Assembly: GCA_021817505.1 (NCBI GenBank)
Contig: JAKAUU010000008.1
Location: forward strand, 1-52,380
Reading direction: 5' to 3'
Length of the DNA: 52,380 nt
Source of the DNA: Candidatus Micrarchaeota archaeon
Lineage (GTDB): Archaea > Micrarchaeota > Micrarchaeia > Micrarchaeales > CABMGC01
In this document: piece by piece, positions 29,127 through 37,849 of the stretch
How positions within the stretch are numbered: the first letter of the stretch is position 1
How the letters are laid out: the number at the start of each line of letters is the position of its first letter
Made by a program: the position numbers and the translations under genes
Notes under the pieces: generated by a model
What the model saw: only the letters and a program-made list of their open reading frames with translations
Databases searched by the model: none
Told to the model about the DNA's origin: nothing

Positions 29127-30062
29127 TCAGCTTGCGCCCCTTAGAAACTGTAGGATCTCGTTGCTTACCTGGTTTGGATGCGTGGCTTCGGGCTGGTGGG
29201 CTGCGTCTATCGGAACAAATCGCGCATTCCTGATCTTTTCGGCAGCTTGCCTCTGTTTTTCTATCGGGAATAAAGGGTCGTTTGTTCCATGTATGAAGAG
29301 CACAGGTATGCCTGTCCTGTTAATCTCCTTTATCTTCTTGAGGAAATTTGTCCTCAGGCCCCTTGTTGTCACCTCACCCTGCACAAACTCAAGGCATGAT
29401 ACTGTTAGATTATGGCGTGTCACATAATCGCGTACAACCTGTACTTTTTCCCGGTTCAGCTCCGCATCTTCACTGCCGTCAAGCAGGAAATTCAGGGTCT
29501 TTCCAAATAGCTTTTCGCTCTTTGCAAGATTCTTTATTATGAGCTGCTGCACTCCGGCGTTTATCCTTGTCAATGCATATGCCCCTAACGGGAAATGCTT
29601 TTCTACAAAGCCATAAGAGTCTATCAGTGAGAGGCTCTTGACTCTTTCAGTATGTTCCAGTGCATAGCTCATCGCTATCCCGCCGCCGAAAGATTCTGCC
29701 ACGATGTTAGCCTGTTCAATCTTCAGGTGGTCCATGAACCGTTCTATGAATCCGACATGGTATCCAAGGGTTGCCTTCTCGCTTGATTTTTCCGAACCCC
29801 CGTAGCCAGGCATGTCCGGAGCATATACATGATGCTCCGAAGCAAGTGCTGGTATCATCTTCGACCAGGAAAGAAAGCCCAGAGAGACACCGCCCCCGTG
29901 AATCATCAGCACCTTGGATTCGTTTGACTTTCCCCTTTCAGCATACCTTACCCTTAGGCTGTCTATCCTTTCCGTCCTTATGCTTGTCTTAAAATCCGGC
30001 TTTGCTTTGTTTTCTTCCTGAGGATCAGTGCGTTCAACCAAAACCTGTTTTGTCGTCTCCAT
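29127..30062 (-). CDS. Alpha/beta-fold hydrolase
   Basis: IHGGG, APDMPGYGGS, nucleophile elbow AESFGG, HGTND, DAAH. Likely start is ATG 30062. Confidence 0.9.
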   Translation of the reverse strand: METTKQVLVERTDPQEENKAKPDFKTSIRTERIDSLRVRYAERGKSNESKVLMIHGGGVSLGFLSWSKMIPALASEHHVYAPDMPGYGGSEKSSEKATLGYHVGFIERFMDHLKIEQANIVAESFGGGIAMSYALEHTERVKSLSLIDSYGFVEKHFPLGAYALTRINAGVQQLIIKNLAKSEKLFGKTLNFLLDGSEDAELNREKVQVVRDYVTRHNLTVSCLEFVQGEVTTRGLRTNFLKKIKEINRTGIPVLFIHGTNDPLFPIEKQRQAAEKIRNARFVPIDAAHQPEATHPNQVSNEILQFLRGAS

Positions 30063-30200
30063 GGTACAACCCTGCAAATAAACATTTTTATTTCAGCGTT
30101 CTTCATATTTAAACGTTTCATGATTTATCCTGGAGATAGTAATAAAAACATAATCGTGGATGTGTTATCAGGTTATTTTAGATAATCTTTAGTGATAATT

Positions 30201-31055
30201 ATGCTCACAGTTTCGCAGGCAATTTCTTCCGTAATAATAGGGCTGGTGCAGGCGATATCGGAATGGCTGCCAATAAGCAGCAAGACACAGGTTCTGATTG
30301 CATCGCAATACCTTCTCAATCTAAGCTTCACCCAGGCATATACGTTCGGGCTCTTCATGGAGATAGGGACTGTCGTGGCAGCCATACTGTATTTCAGAAA
30401 AGAGGTCTGGACTCTGCTAAGGGTTCTCTTCATGAAGGACAAGAGCACGGAGGGCAGGAACCTGTTCAAGTACGTGCTTATAGCAACCATAGCCACAGGC
30501 ATAATAGGAACGCCGCTCTACATCTTATCCGATTCCCTGACAAGCGTGCCGCTCGGCATACCTATGATGATCATAGGGCTCGTGCTTATCGGAGACGCGG
30601 TTGTGATAAGGCATTCCAGGATAAAGCAGAGGGAGGGCACCAATACCAGGAAGTTCAAGGACCTTGGCCTTAAGGAGTATATTGTGATAGGATTCATGCA
30701 GGGGCTCGCAGCACTTCCTGGAGTCAGCAGGTCCGGCATCACAACAAGCACCCTGTTGCTCATGAAGGTGGAGCCTGACGAATCCTTCAGACTATCTTTC
30801 GTGATAGGCATATTCGCAGCGATAGCCGCCTTTTCCCTTACGATCATAAAGTCTAGGGCGAATGTCATGGCTGCACTTTCCCAGATAGGCATTACAGGCA
30901 TGCTCGTTGCAATAGTAGTGGCAGCAATCGTCAGCTTGTTCCTCATAGATTTCCTTATAAAGATAGCGGGAAAATCAAAGATAGTCTATCTTACAGCTGC
31001 ACTTGGGATAATAGCGATCTCCGGAGGAATAATTTATATGGTCTTCGGGATTTGA
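30201..31055 (+). CDS. uppP: Undecaprenyl/polyprenyl-diphosphate phosphatase (BacA/UppP)
   Basis: GLVQAISEWLPISS, Q..A.LPGVSRSG.T, multiple TM segments. Confidence 0.92.
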   Translation: MLTVSQAISSVIIGLVQAISEWLPISSKTQVLIASQYLLNLSFTQAYTFGLFMEIGTVVAAILYFRKEVWTLLRVLFMKDKSTEGRNLFKYVLIATIATGIIGTPLYILSDSLTSVPLGIPMMIIGLVLIGDAVVIRHSRIKQREGTNTRKFKDLGLKEYIVIGFMQGLAALPGVSRSGITTSTLLLMKVEPDESFRLSFVIGIFAAIAAFSLTIIKSRANVMAALSQIGITGMLVAIVVAAIVSLFLIDFLIKIAGKSKIVYLTAALGIIAISGGIIYMVFGI

Positions 31056-31102
31056 CCATGTTGCACGTGGTAAGGGATTGCCGATAAGCATTTATAATAT
31101 TA

Positions 31103-31124
31103 AAGCGGCAACTTATTGCCGCTT
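31103..31124. promoter_or_regulatory. Perfect 9-bp inverted repeat just downstream of the TATA-like box of rfcS
   Basis: AAGCGGCAA-CTTA-TTGCCGCTT, with TTTATAAT at 31091-31098. Confidence 0.5.
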
Positions 31125-31156
31125 ATCACTGTAATACATACTTTCGAGGGAATATC

Positions 31157-32125
31157 TTGACGGAAATACTTGACAATGCGTGGACGGAGAAGTACAGGCC
31201 TTCTAAACTAGAGGAAGTGATAGGCCAGAAGGCGATAGTTGAGAGGCTCTCTGCATTTGTAAAGGCGAAGAGCTTCCCTAATATGATATTTGCAGGAAGC
31301 CCGGGCATAGGGAAGACCACATCTGCGATAGCGATGGCGAAGGAGCTTTATGGAGAGAACATAAACCAGGCATTCCTTGAACTTAATGCAAGCGATACCA
31401 GAGGGATAGAGGTGGTAAGGGGAAGGGTGAAGGAGTTTGCCAAGACGCTCCCGCTCTCTACGGGACTTGTCAAGATAATCTTCCTCGATGAGGCAGATTC
31501 GCTTACTCCTGAAGCGCAGCATGCTCTTAGAAGGACTATGGAGAAGCACTCTGCGACTACCAGATTCGTACTAGGGGCAAATTATGCAAGCAAGATAATA
31601 GAGCCGATACAGAGCAGATGCGTGGTTCTGCGCTTCAAGCCCTTGAAGGAGGAGGAGATGCTAAGTTACATAGAGCGCATAAAGGAAAGAGAGGGTATAG
31701 AAATTGCAGAGGATGCGGAAAAGGCGCTAATATACGTCAGTGAAGGGGACCTGCGGAAGCTAACCAATGTTCTTCAGAGCGCTGCCATATCTACTAAAAA
31801 AATAACTGAGAAGACAGTTTATGATATTGCATCGAGGGCAAGGCCCAAGGAGATAGTCTCGATGCTCGACTTCGCATTCCGCGGAGACTTCGTGAAGGCG
31901 AGGAACGAGCTTGACAAGCTTCTCCTTGTATACGGGATGAGCGGCGAAGACGTCCTTATACAGTGCTACAGAGAGGCACTGAATCTTGATCTTGATGACA
32001 CTGCAAAGCTCAGGCTGATAAGCGCAATAGGAGAGTATAACTTCAGGATCGTCGAAGGGGCGAATGACAGGATACAGATAGAGGCTATGCTTGCCTCTCT
32101 TGCACTGTCTGGGAAGCAGCAGTAG
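31157..32125 (+). CDS. rfcS: Replication factor C small subunit
   Basis: WTEKYRP, GSPGIGKT, LELNASD.RG, LDEAD, SRC motif. No intein. TTG start. Confidence 0.96.
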   Translation: MTEILDNAWTEKYRPSKLEEVIGQKAIVERLSAFVKAKSFPNMIFAGSPGIGKTTSAIAMAKELYGENINQAFLELNASDTRGIEVVRGRVKEFAKTLPLSTGLVKIIFLDEADSLTPEAQHALRRTMEKHSATTRFVLGANYASKIIEPIQSRCVVLRFKPLKEEEMLSYIERIKEREGIEIAEDAEKALIYVSEGDLRKLTNVLQSAAISTKKITEKTVYDIASRARPKEIVSMLDFAFRGDFVKARNELDKLLLVYGMSGEDVLIQCYREALNLDLDDTAKLRLISAIGEYNFRIVEGANDRIQIEAMLASLALSGKQQ

Positions 32126-32136
32126 CAGATAGCAGC

Positions 32137-32412
32137 CTAGACCCTGTTCAGGTTATCTAATTCCCTGTTTAGCAGATAATCCTCGTCCATCAGCATTCTT
32201 TCATGTATTGTTGCTGGCCTGCGCCCTGTATCTTGCTTCTTTATAGGATTTGAAATCGTATCAGGATCAAGAGCCCTGATCACAGCGTCACGAAGAACCT
32301 CCGATATCTCATGCGTGGGCCCTTTGGTGTTGTCTCTTACAATCCTTAATTTAGTGACCATGTGTGTCCAATATCCATATAAATTGGCCATGTATTTAAA
32401 CATAGCAGGCAT
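32137..32412 (-). CDS. Hypothetical protein (start may be ATG 32361)
   Basis: Only ORF filling the gap between rfcS and PMM. No recognisable motif. Confidence 0.45.
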   Translation of the reverse strand: MPAMFKYMANLYGYWTHMVTKLRIVRDNTKGPTHEISEVLRDAVIRALDPDTISNPIKKQDTGRRPATIHERMLMDEDYLLNRELDNLNRV

Positions 32413-32441
32413 ACTACGACAGATGCTTATTCAACTTTACG

Positions 32442-33806
32442 CTATTTGCTGATTGAATCTTTTGCCAGTCCGTATTCCTTTAGGGCAATCCTGTTTATCT
32501 CGGCAAGATCCTCCCTGTTATCCGATTCTGCCTTTATCTTTATCTTTGGAGTAGTATTTGAAGCCCTTGCGATGAACCACCCTTTGTCCGTTATGAATTT
32601 GACCCCGTCAAGCAGGACTATTCTAGACTTCTTGTATTTCTTCAGGTTCTTTGCCATCTTTGATATTATCCTGAACTTCTCGCTTTCTTTTACATCGAAT
32701 TCGCTTGAAACAACTTCGTATTTTGGAAGCTCGTTTATCAGCTCAGACATGCTCCTTCCTCTTTCAGAGAGTATCTGGGCCAGTTTTATCACTGCGAAGA
32801 GTGCATCGTCGAAGCAGTATATGTCGCTGAAGTAGAAATGCGTTGAGTACTCCCCTCCCAGTTTTGCCTTGTTCTTAAGCATCTTGTCTATGATAAATGC
32901 CCGGCCCGTCTTTGTCCTTATCCCTTTGGCTCTCTTCTGATTTATAACATCTTCAACAGCTTTTGAAGAGCTGATCTCATAGACTACCATCTCTCCTTTT
33001 TTCACAGTATTGTTAATCATCATGGCAAGAATAGTGTCTCCGAAGAAGGCCTCTCCTTTGTCATCTACGAACATTGCCCTGTCGCCATCGCCATCAAACG
33101 CAACCCCGAAGTCAAGGTTGTTTTTCTTTACAAGTTCCCTTAACGCAGTGATATTCTCAGGCTTAGGCTCTGGAGATCTTGAGGGGAAGGCGCCATCAGG
33201 CTTGTCATTTATTGATACCGGGAACATCCCTGCCTTTTTTAGTATTCTTGAGGCTATTTTTGAATCTGCGCCGTTGCCAGGGTCAACGCCAACCTTGAAG
33301 ACCTTGTTTACCTTTGTCCTTTTGAACAGGTAATTCTCATAGTCGCGCATCAGCTTGCGGCTCACATCATGGGAATTGCCTCCTTCCCTAAGACTGAACT
33401 TCTTGGAAAGGTATATGCCCTTTATTTTTTTAAGCCCGAAGTCCTCCCCGTATGTTTTTCCTTTGGGCCCGCAGAGCTTCAGCCCGTTCCACATTGGCGG
33501 GTTATGGCTTGCGCTTACGGCTGCGCCTCCGTCAAGATTGTAATGGGCTATTGCAAAATAGAGCATCGGGGTGGGGACCTTCCCTATATAGAGCACCTTT
33601 GTTCCTGTGCTCTTCAGCCCTTTGAGGAAGCTCTCCTTAAGCATAGGGCTGCTCTTACGTATGTCCATGCTTAATGCTATCGTTTTATTCTTTCCTAGGA
33701 ACGTGCCGAAGGCCATCCCTATCTCTTCGGCTATCTTCTCGTCCAGGGTATCAGGATATATTCCCCGTATATCGTTTGCCCTGAAGATATCCTCTCGCTC
33801 AGGCAC
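32442..33806 (-). CDS. Phosphomannomutase/phosphoglucomutase
   Basis: FRANDIRG, SASHNP, FDGDGDR, GGEYSTHF, RASNT.P. Confidence 0.95.
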   Translation of the reverse strand: MPEREDIFRANDIRGIYPDTLDEKIAEEIGMAFGTFLGKNKTIALSMDIRKSSPMLKESFLKGLKSTGTKVLYIGKVPTPMLYFAIAHYNLDGGAAVSASHNPPMWNGLKLCGPKGKTYGEDFGLKKIKGIYLSKKFSLREGGNSHDVSRKLMRDYENYLFKRTKVNKVFKVGVDPGNGADSKIASRILKKAGMFPVSINDKPDGAFPSRSPEPKPENITALRELVKKNNLDFGVAFDGDGDRAMFVDDKGEAFFGDTILAMMINNTVKKGEMVVYEISSSKAVEDVINQKRAKGIRTKTGRAFIIDKMLKNKAKLGGEYSTHFYFSDIYCFDDALFAVIKLAQILSERGRSMSELINELPKYEVVSSEFDVKESEKFRIISKMAKNLKKYKKSRIVLLDGVKFITDKGWFIARASNTTPKIKIKAESDNREDLAEINRIALKEYGLAKDSISK

Positions 33807-33839
33807 ATCCTCACCAATGGATATGCAGTCTGAAGGTAT

Positions 33840-34355
33840 TTATACTCTCCTTCCTCTTCTGCCTCCCGGCCTCTTTGTAGTATCAGTAGGTATAGGAGTT
33901 ACATCTTCTATGCTTCCGATCTTGAAGCCGCTCCTTGCAAGTGCCCTGACGACAGCCTGCGCACCAGGGCCGGGTATTTTCGAGTTGTGCCCTCCTGGTG
34001 CCCTAATCTTGATGTTTATGTGCGTAACGCCCTTTTCTATGGCGGCTGCTGCAACTTTGTATGTGGCATGCATAGCTGCATATGGCGAACCCTCTTCATG
34101 GTCAGCATCTACCACCATGCCTCCGCTTCCGACAGCTATGGTCTCGGACCCTGAGAGGTCAGTAAGCGTGATTATCGTATTGTTCTTTGAAGAGAAGATG
34201 TGAGCTACGCCCCATCTCACCGCCTTTGGCTTGAATTTCTCCTGTGCTTCCTGGACTGCAACCTCGAATGACGGCAGCTCCTTCTTGCTCGCCTTCTGCT
34301 GTTGCTGTTGCTGCTTGGTCTGCTTTGAGTCTACCTTCTTTTTCTTTCCTGCCAT
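33840..34355 (-). CDS. rps11: 30S ribosomal protein uS11 with N-terminal extension
   Basis: [57 protein letters not shown]. Confidence 0.97.
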   Translation of the reverse strand: MAGKKKKVDSKQTKQQQQQQKASKKELPSFEVAVQEAQEKFKPKAVRWGVAHIFSSKNNTIITLTDLSGSETIAVGSGGMVVDADHEEGSPYAAMHATYKVAAAAIEKGVTHINIKIRAPGGHNSKIPGPGAQAVVRALARSGFKIGSIEDVTPIPTDTTKRPGGRRGRRV

Positions 34356-34357
34356 AA

Positions 34358-34927
34358 TCAAGCACCCTCTTTGTTCTCCCTGGTTTCAGGAGCAGTTTTT
34401 ACAGTTTCCGCCGCCTTTGGAGCAGGCACTGCCTTATCGTCCTTGTTGAAGTCAAGATCTATAGGCTTGTAGTAATTTATATGAGGTTCTTCTGAAGCGG
34501 TCACCATGTAGCCCGGAGACTTCACCTGCCTGCCGTTTATCGATATGAAGCCATGGGATATTAGCTGCCTTGACTGCTTCGCCGTTCTGCCAAGACCTTT
34601 CTTGAATACGATTGACTGTAGTCTTCTCTCGAGTATCGCTTCCTGCGTCACTCCGAGAAGATCGTCAAGAGTTGCACCGTGCTTGACTAGATTATATCTT
34701 ATTAACCTTTCTGTTATCTCCTTACCTTCCTTCTCCGTGGACGCTCCTGAAAGTACCTTTCTGACATTCCTTCTTATCCTGCTGACCTCTGTCCCAGCGG
34801 TCCATAGCTCCCTCAGGTTCTTGAGACCGTACTTCTCCTTGAGCGCATGCTCAGACTCTATCCTCTCCTTTGACCACATGGCCTTTGTTTTGTCAAACTT
34901 TCTCCTTATGCGCTTCGGGTCTCCCAT
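34358..34927 (-). CDS. rps4: 30S ribosomal protein uS4
   Basis: MGDPKR.R.K, YGLKN.RELW, LERRLQ..V..KG, RQLI.HG.I...P.Y.V. Confidence 0.97.
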   Translation of the reverse strand: MGDPKRIRRKFDKTKAMWSKERIESEHALKEKYGLKNLRELWTAGTEVSRIRRNVRKVLSGASTEKEGKEITERLIRYNLVKHGATLDDLLGVTQEAILERRLQSIVFKKGLGRTAKQSRQLISHGFISINGRQVKSPGYMVTASEEPHINYYKPIDLDFNKDDKAVPAPKAAETVKTAPETRENKEGA

Positions 34928-34931
34928 CTAT

Positions 34932-35468
34932 TCACTTCTTTGCCTCTGCAGCCTTTGCAGCCACCTGCTTTGCTGCTTTCTTCATGACTCCTATTGTTGC
35001 TCCGGTTCTTCCGGTCGATCTTGTCTTCTGGCCGCGTACCTTCTGGCCTGTCTTATGCCTTATTCCGCGCCAGGACATCAGCTTTATGTCCGAATCTATA
35101 TCCTGCTTTACCTTAACTATTAGATCTGTACCTACAAGATGCATGTTCTTTCCTGACTGCATCTCCATGCGCCTGTTGAACAGGTATGAAGGTATCTTTG
35201 AATCAGTAGCATCCTTTACTGCATGCTCGATCTTCGACATATTCGCTTCGTCAAGATGGCCGATCTGCTGATTGTAGTCTATGCCCAGGGCATCCCTTAT
35301 ATGTATCGACAATGCATGTGCCATCGTATGGCCTATGCCTTTTATCTCCCCTATGGCCTCGTATATACGCTTGTCTCCATTGATGTCCCTTCCTGCGAGT
35401 CGGACTATCATTCCCTGTACTTTGGGCTTGGCCTCTTCGCTTGTTTTTTTCTTTTCCTCTTTTGCCAT
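34932..35468 (-). CDS. rps13: 30S ribosomal protein uS13
   Basis: IVRLAG.DI.G, IKGIG, P.Y.FNRR, SWRGIRH..GQKVRGQKTRSTGR.G. Confidence 0.97.
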   Translation of the reverse strand: MAKEEKKKTSEEAKPKVQGMIVRLAGRDINGDKRIYEAIGEIKGIGHTMAHALSIHIRDALGIDYNQQIGHLDEANMSKIEHAVKDATDSKIPSYLFNRRMEMQSGKNMHLVGTDLIVKVKQDIDSDIKLMSWRGIRHKTGQKVRGQKTRSTGRTGATIGVMKKAAKQVAAKAAEAKK

Positions 35469-35486
35469 CTAATGACCATAGTAAGA

Positions 35487-35550
35487 ATGCATCAATTAAA
35501 CGTTGTTAAATTGCAGTTAAGATAGCTGCCGTTAACTGACTGCAGTGCAT
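35487..35550 (-). promoter_or_regulatory. Structured 5' leader of the rps13-rps4-rps11 operon (candidate r-leader)
   Basis: Nested inverted repeats CAGTTAA/TTAACTG, CAATT/AATTG and ATGCA/TGCAT lie between a TTTTAAA box (35568-35574) and the rps13 start. Confidence 0.45.
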
Positions 35551-35614
35551 ATATTACAATAGAATGATTTAAAAGCCTTTATTTCACAGGCTGGTAGCTT
35601 CTGGAGAGAGACTC

Positions 35615-36277
35615 TCAGAATAGATCTGATAACTGGCCGAAATTGTATATTAGCACGTCGGCATGTTTCGAGATGCTGGATGCCTGTCTGTCGTATATGA
35701 ACTGTACCGCTGCCCTGAATCCTCCTTTTTTTGCAGCTTCCATATCCCTTGCAGTATCCCCTATTATGAGAGTGTCCTTCGGATCCACGTCAAGCCTTCT
35801 TGCAGCCTCTATGAATACCGCCGGGTCTGGCTTGCGCCTGTTTCCAACATCCTCCGCAGAGACAACACTGCTAAAGAACCGTGATAATTTTGTATGCCTT
35901 AGCACATTGCCTATCCCATCTCTGGAATTGTCGCTGCCCAAGCCCATCTTCACCTTCCTGTTCCTCAGGTTAATCAGAACATCTTCTACTTCTGGGAAGA
36001 TCAGTGTCTCTCCTAAATCGGCTATCTTTGCAGTAATCGAGTCGTTGGTTTCCTTCCGCATCATCTTTTCAAGAGAGAGGCTTGCATCAGGGTCAAAACA
36101 TGAGGTAATCATAGTGTAGGTACTTGTCCCTATGAATGGTTCTATCTTCTCTACAGGAACGTCCTTGCCATGGAGACCGAAGGTCTCCTTCCACGTAACC
36201 GAATGCAGGCCCATGGTGTTTACCAGAGTGCCGTCCATGTCGAATATTATAGACTGCGCATTTGCTTTGACTCTCAT
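35615..36277 (-). CDS. HAD-superfamily phosphatase (beta-phosphoglucomutase-like)
   Basis: IFDMDGTL, KPDP, IGDT.RD..AA..GG. Confidence 0.9.
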   Translation of the reverse strand: MRVKANAQSIIFDMDGTLVNTMGLHSVTWKETFGLHGKDVPVEKIEPFIGTSTYTMITSCFDPDASLSLEKMMRKETNDSITAKIADLGETLIFPEVEDVLINLRNRKVKMGLGSDNSRDGIGNVLRHTKLSRFFSSVVSAEDVGNRRKPDPAVFIEAARRLDVDPKDTLIIGDTARDMEAAKKGGFRAAVQFIYDRQASSISKHADVLIYNFGQLSDLF

Positions 36278-36424
36278 AAAATATCCATTATTTGCCTTAG
36301 AACAGGCGCAACCTTAGATGCATACGATTGTACATTTTCAAGATATATAAATATTTTTGTATGCCAACAGACACAGGCGTTATGTTACTATATAAAAACT
36401 TGGTGCGATTACCTAAAAGGTAGC

Positions 36425-37039
36425 ATGGCAGAAGAAAGATCAATCGAACATTATTTTTCCAAAGAGCCTAAATCCAGGCACAGGATAAACAGGATAGAAT
36501 GCATACTGCGAGGAAACAGCTACGGCTTTTTTACCGATTCGTCGGTCTTCTCCAAGGATAGGATCGACCTTGGTACAAAGATCCTGATAAAACATATGCA
36601 GATAAAGCCTGCTGATATTGTTCTTGACCTTGGATGCGGATATGGCGCGATAGGCATAGTCGCAGCAAGCCTTGCACCGAATGGCAGATGCTACATGACT
36701 GATATAAACGAAAGAGCCGTTGAACTCTCGAAGAGGAATCTGAAGTTAAACAAAATAAAAAATGCCGAGGCTTTTCAAGGCGATGGATTCGAACCTGTAG
36801 ACTCCATAATGTTCGACGTAATACTTACGAATCCACCCATTCGCGCAGGCAGGAATATAGTCCTCTCTTTCATAAAAGGGGCAAATTCCCATTTGAAAAA
36901 GAATGGATTGCTTTATCTTGTAGTGCAGACGAAGCAGGGTGCAAAGACGATAAAGGAGTTGATCGAAGAGGTATTCGGAAATGCGGAATACGCTTCTTTA
37001 AAAGGCGGATTCAGACTGATAGTGGCGAAGAAGCTGTGA
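36425..37039 (+). CDS. Class I SAM-dependent methyltransferase (RsmC/MTS small-domain family)
   Basis: EHYFS..P, VFS...ID.GT..L, LDLGCGYG.IG, D.NERA, NPPIRAG. Start moved to ATG 36425. Confidence 0.9.
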   Translation: MAEERSIEHYFSKEPKSRHRINRIECILRGNSYGFFTDSSVFSKDRIDLGTKILIKHMQIKPADIVLDLGCGYGAIGIVAASLAPNGRCYMTDINERAVELSKRNLKLNKIKNAEAFQGDGFEPVDSIMFDVILTNPPIRAGRNIVLSFIKGANSHLKKNGLLYLVVQTKQGAKTIKELIEEVFGNAEYASLKGGFRLIVAKKL

Positions 37040-37058
37040 ATTGATCTTGTTTAATATT

Positions 37059-37186
37059 CGCCAGGGTTGGGATTTTCAGGAATTTAGGTATTCCTAAGAT
37101 TCATTTGAACCCAAAAGGCCTTGCGGCCACGCGCTGACAGGATAATTTTTCCAGGCGCGCGCGTTACCGGATTCTGCCACCCTGGC
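37059..37186 (-). tRNA. tRNA-Ser(GGA) with two introns (37/38 and 59/60)
   Basis: Acceptor GCCAGGG/CCCTGGC+G. Anticodon arm CGCGC-CT GGA A[13-nt intron 37136-37148]A-GCGCG. Long variable arm GGCC-GCAA-GGCC. T arm TTGGG-TTCAAA[31-nt intron 37073-37103]T-CCCAA. Confidence 0.92.
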
Positions 37187-37307
37187 ACGCTATACCATCA
37201 GTTTGCTATCCTTATAATCCTTTTCCTGCACTATGCCGGCATTTGGCTTTTCCAGTAAGAGATAATCTTATATATCTCCAAACTTATATCCATGCGGAAG
37301 TGATAAG

Positions 37308-37826
37308 ATGGTAAACAGGATCAGTAACAATATTGGCAATTTGCAAGAAGACAAGGCAACCGTCTTTAAGAACGTTAAGAAGGAATACGTCAATCTTGAT
37401 GGCAGGGTATTGCTCATTAGGAATGATCAGACGAAATATGTGGAACCGCAGTTATTGAGGAAGATCCTAATTAACCTCAATGATTCTGTTACTGATGTCA
37501 TAGCTTATGACAGGTATTTCAGAAGGTACGGCAACCTTGACAAGAGTTTGGGGGGATTCGTAGAGAGCAATGCGATTGTTGAGGAAGGCGTGAAGATAGA
37601 CAAAAGATCTGTCGTATTCTGGGGAGCTCGTATTGGAAGCGGCTCTGTAATCAAAAATTCGCTTGTCGGAGGAGAAGGTACGGAAATAAAGAAGTCTATT
37701 GTGATAAATTCTCAGGTAATATCCTCAAAGGTAAACGGGCAGGAGGTAAAAAATGAGATAATAGACCATATTAATGAGCAACACATAAGGGAGTTGCTTA
37801 AGGAGCATAGGCGCCTGCCAGGATAA
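37308..37826 (+). CDS. Hypothetical protein with C-terminal left-handed beta-helix (hexapeptide-like) repeats
   Basis: GN.D.SLGGFVESNAIVEEGVKIDKRSVVFWGARIGSGSVIKNSLV shows hexapeptide periodicity. Confidence 0.6.
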   Translation: MVNRISNNIGNLQEDKATVFKNVKKEYVNLDGRVLLIRNDQTKYVEPQLLRKILINLNDSVTDVIAYDRYFRRYGNLDKSLGGFVESNAIVEEGVKIDKRSVVFWGARIGSGSVIKNSLVGGEGTEIKKSIVINSQVISSKVNGQEVKNEIIDHINEQHIRELLKEHRRLPG

Positions 37827-37849
37827 TACTTTTGCAATTGTGATCGGTT

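Noticed and set aside
31157..32125. Intein in RFC small subunit
   Set aside because: Length is 322 aa and the Walker A and downstream motifs are contiguous.
36170..36424. 85-aa N-terminal extension of the methyltransferase
   Set aside because: It overlaps the divergent HAD gene and AT-rich promoter. Family similarity begins at MAEERSIEHYF (36425).
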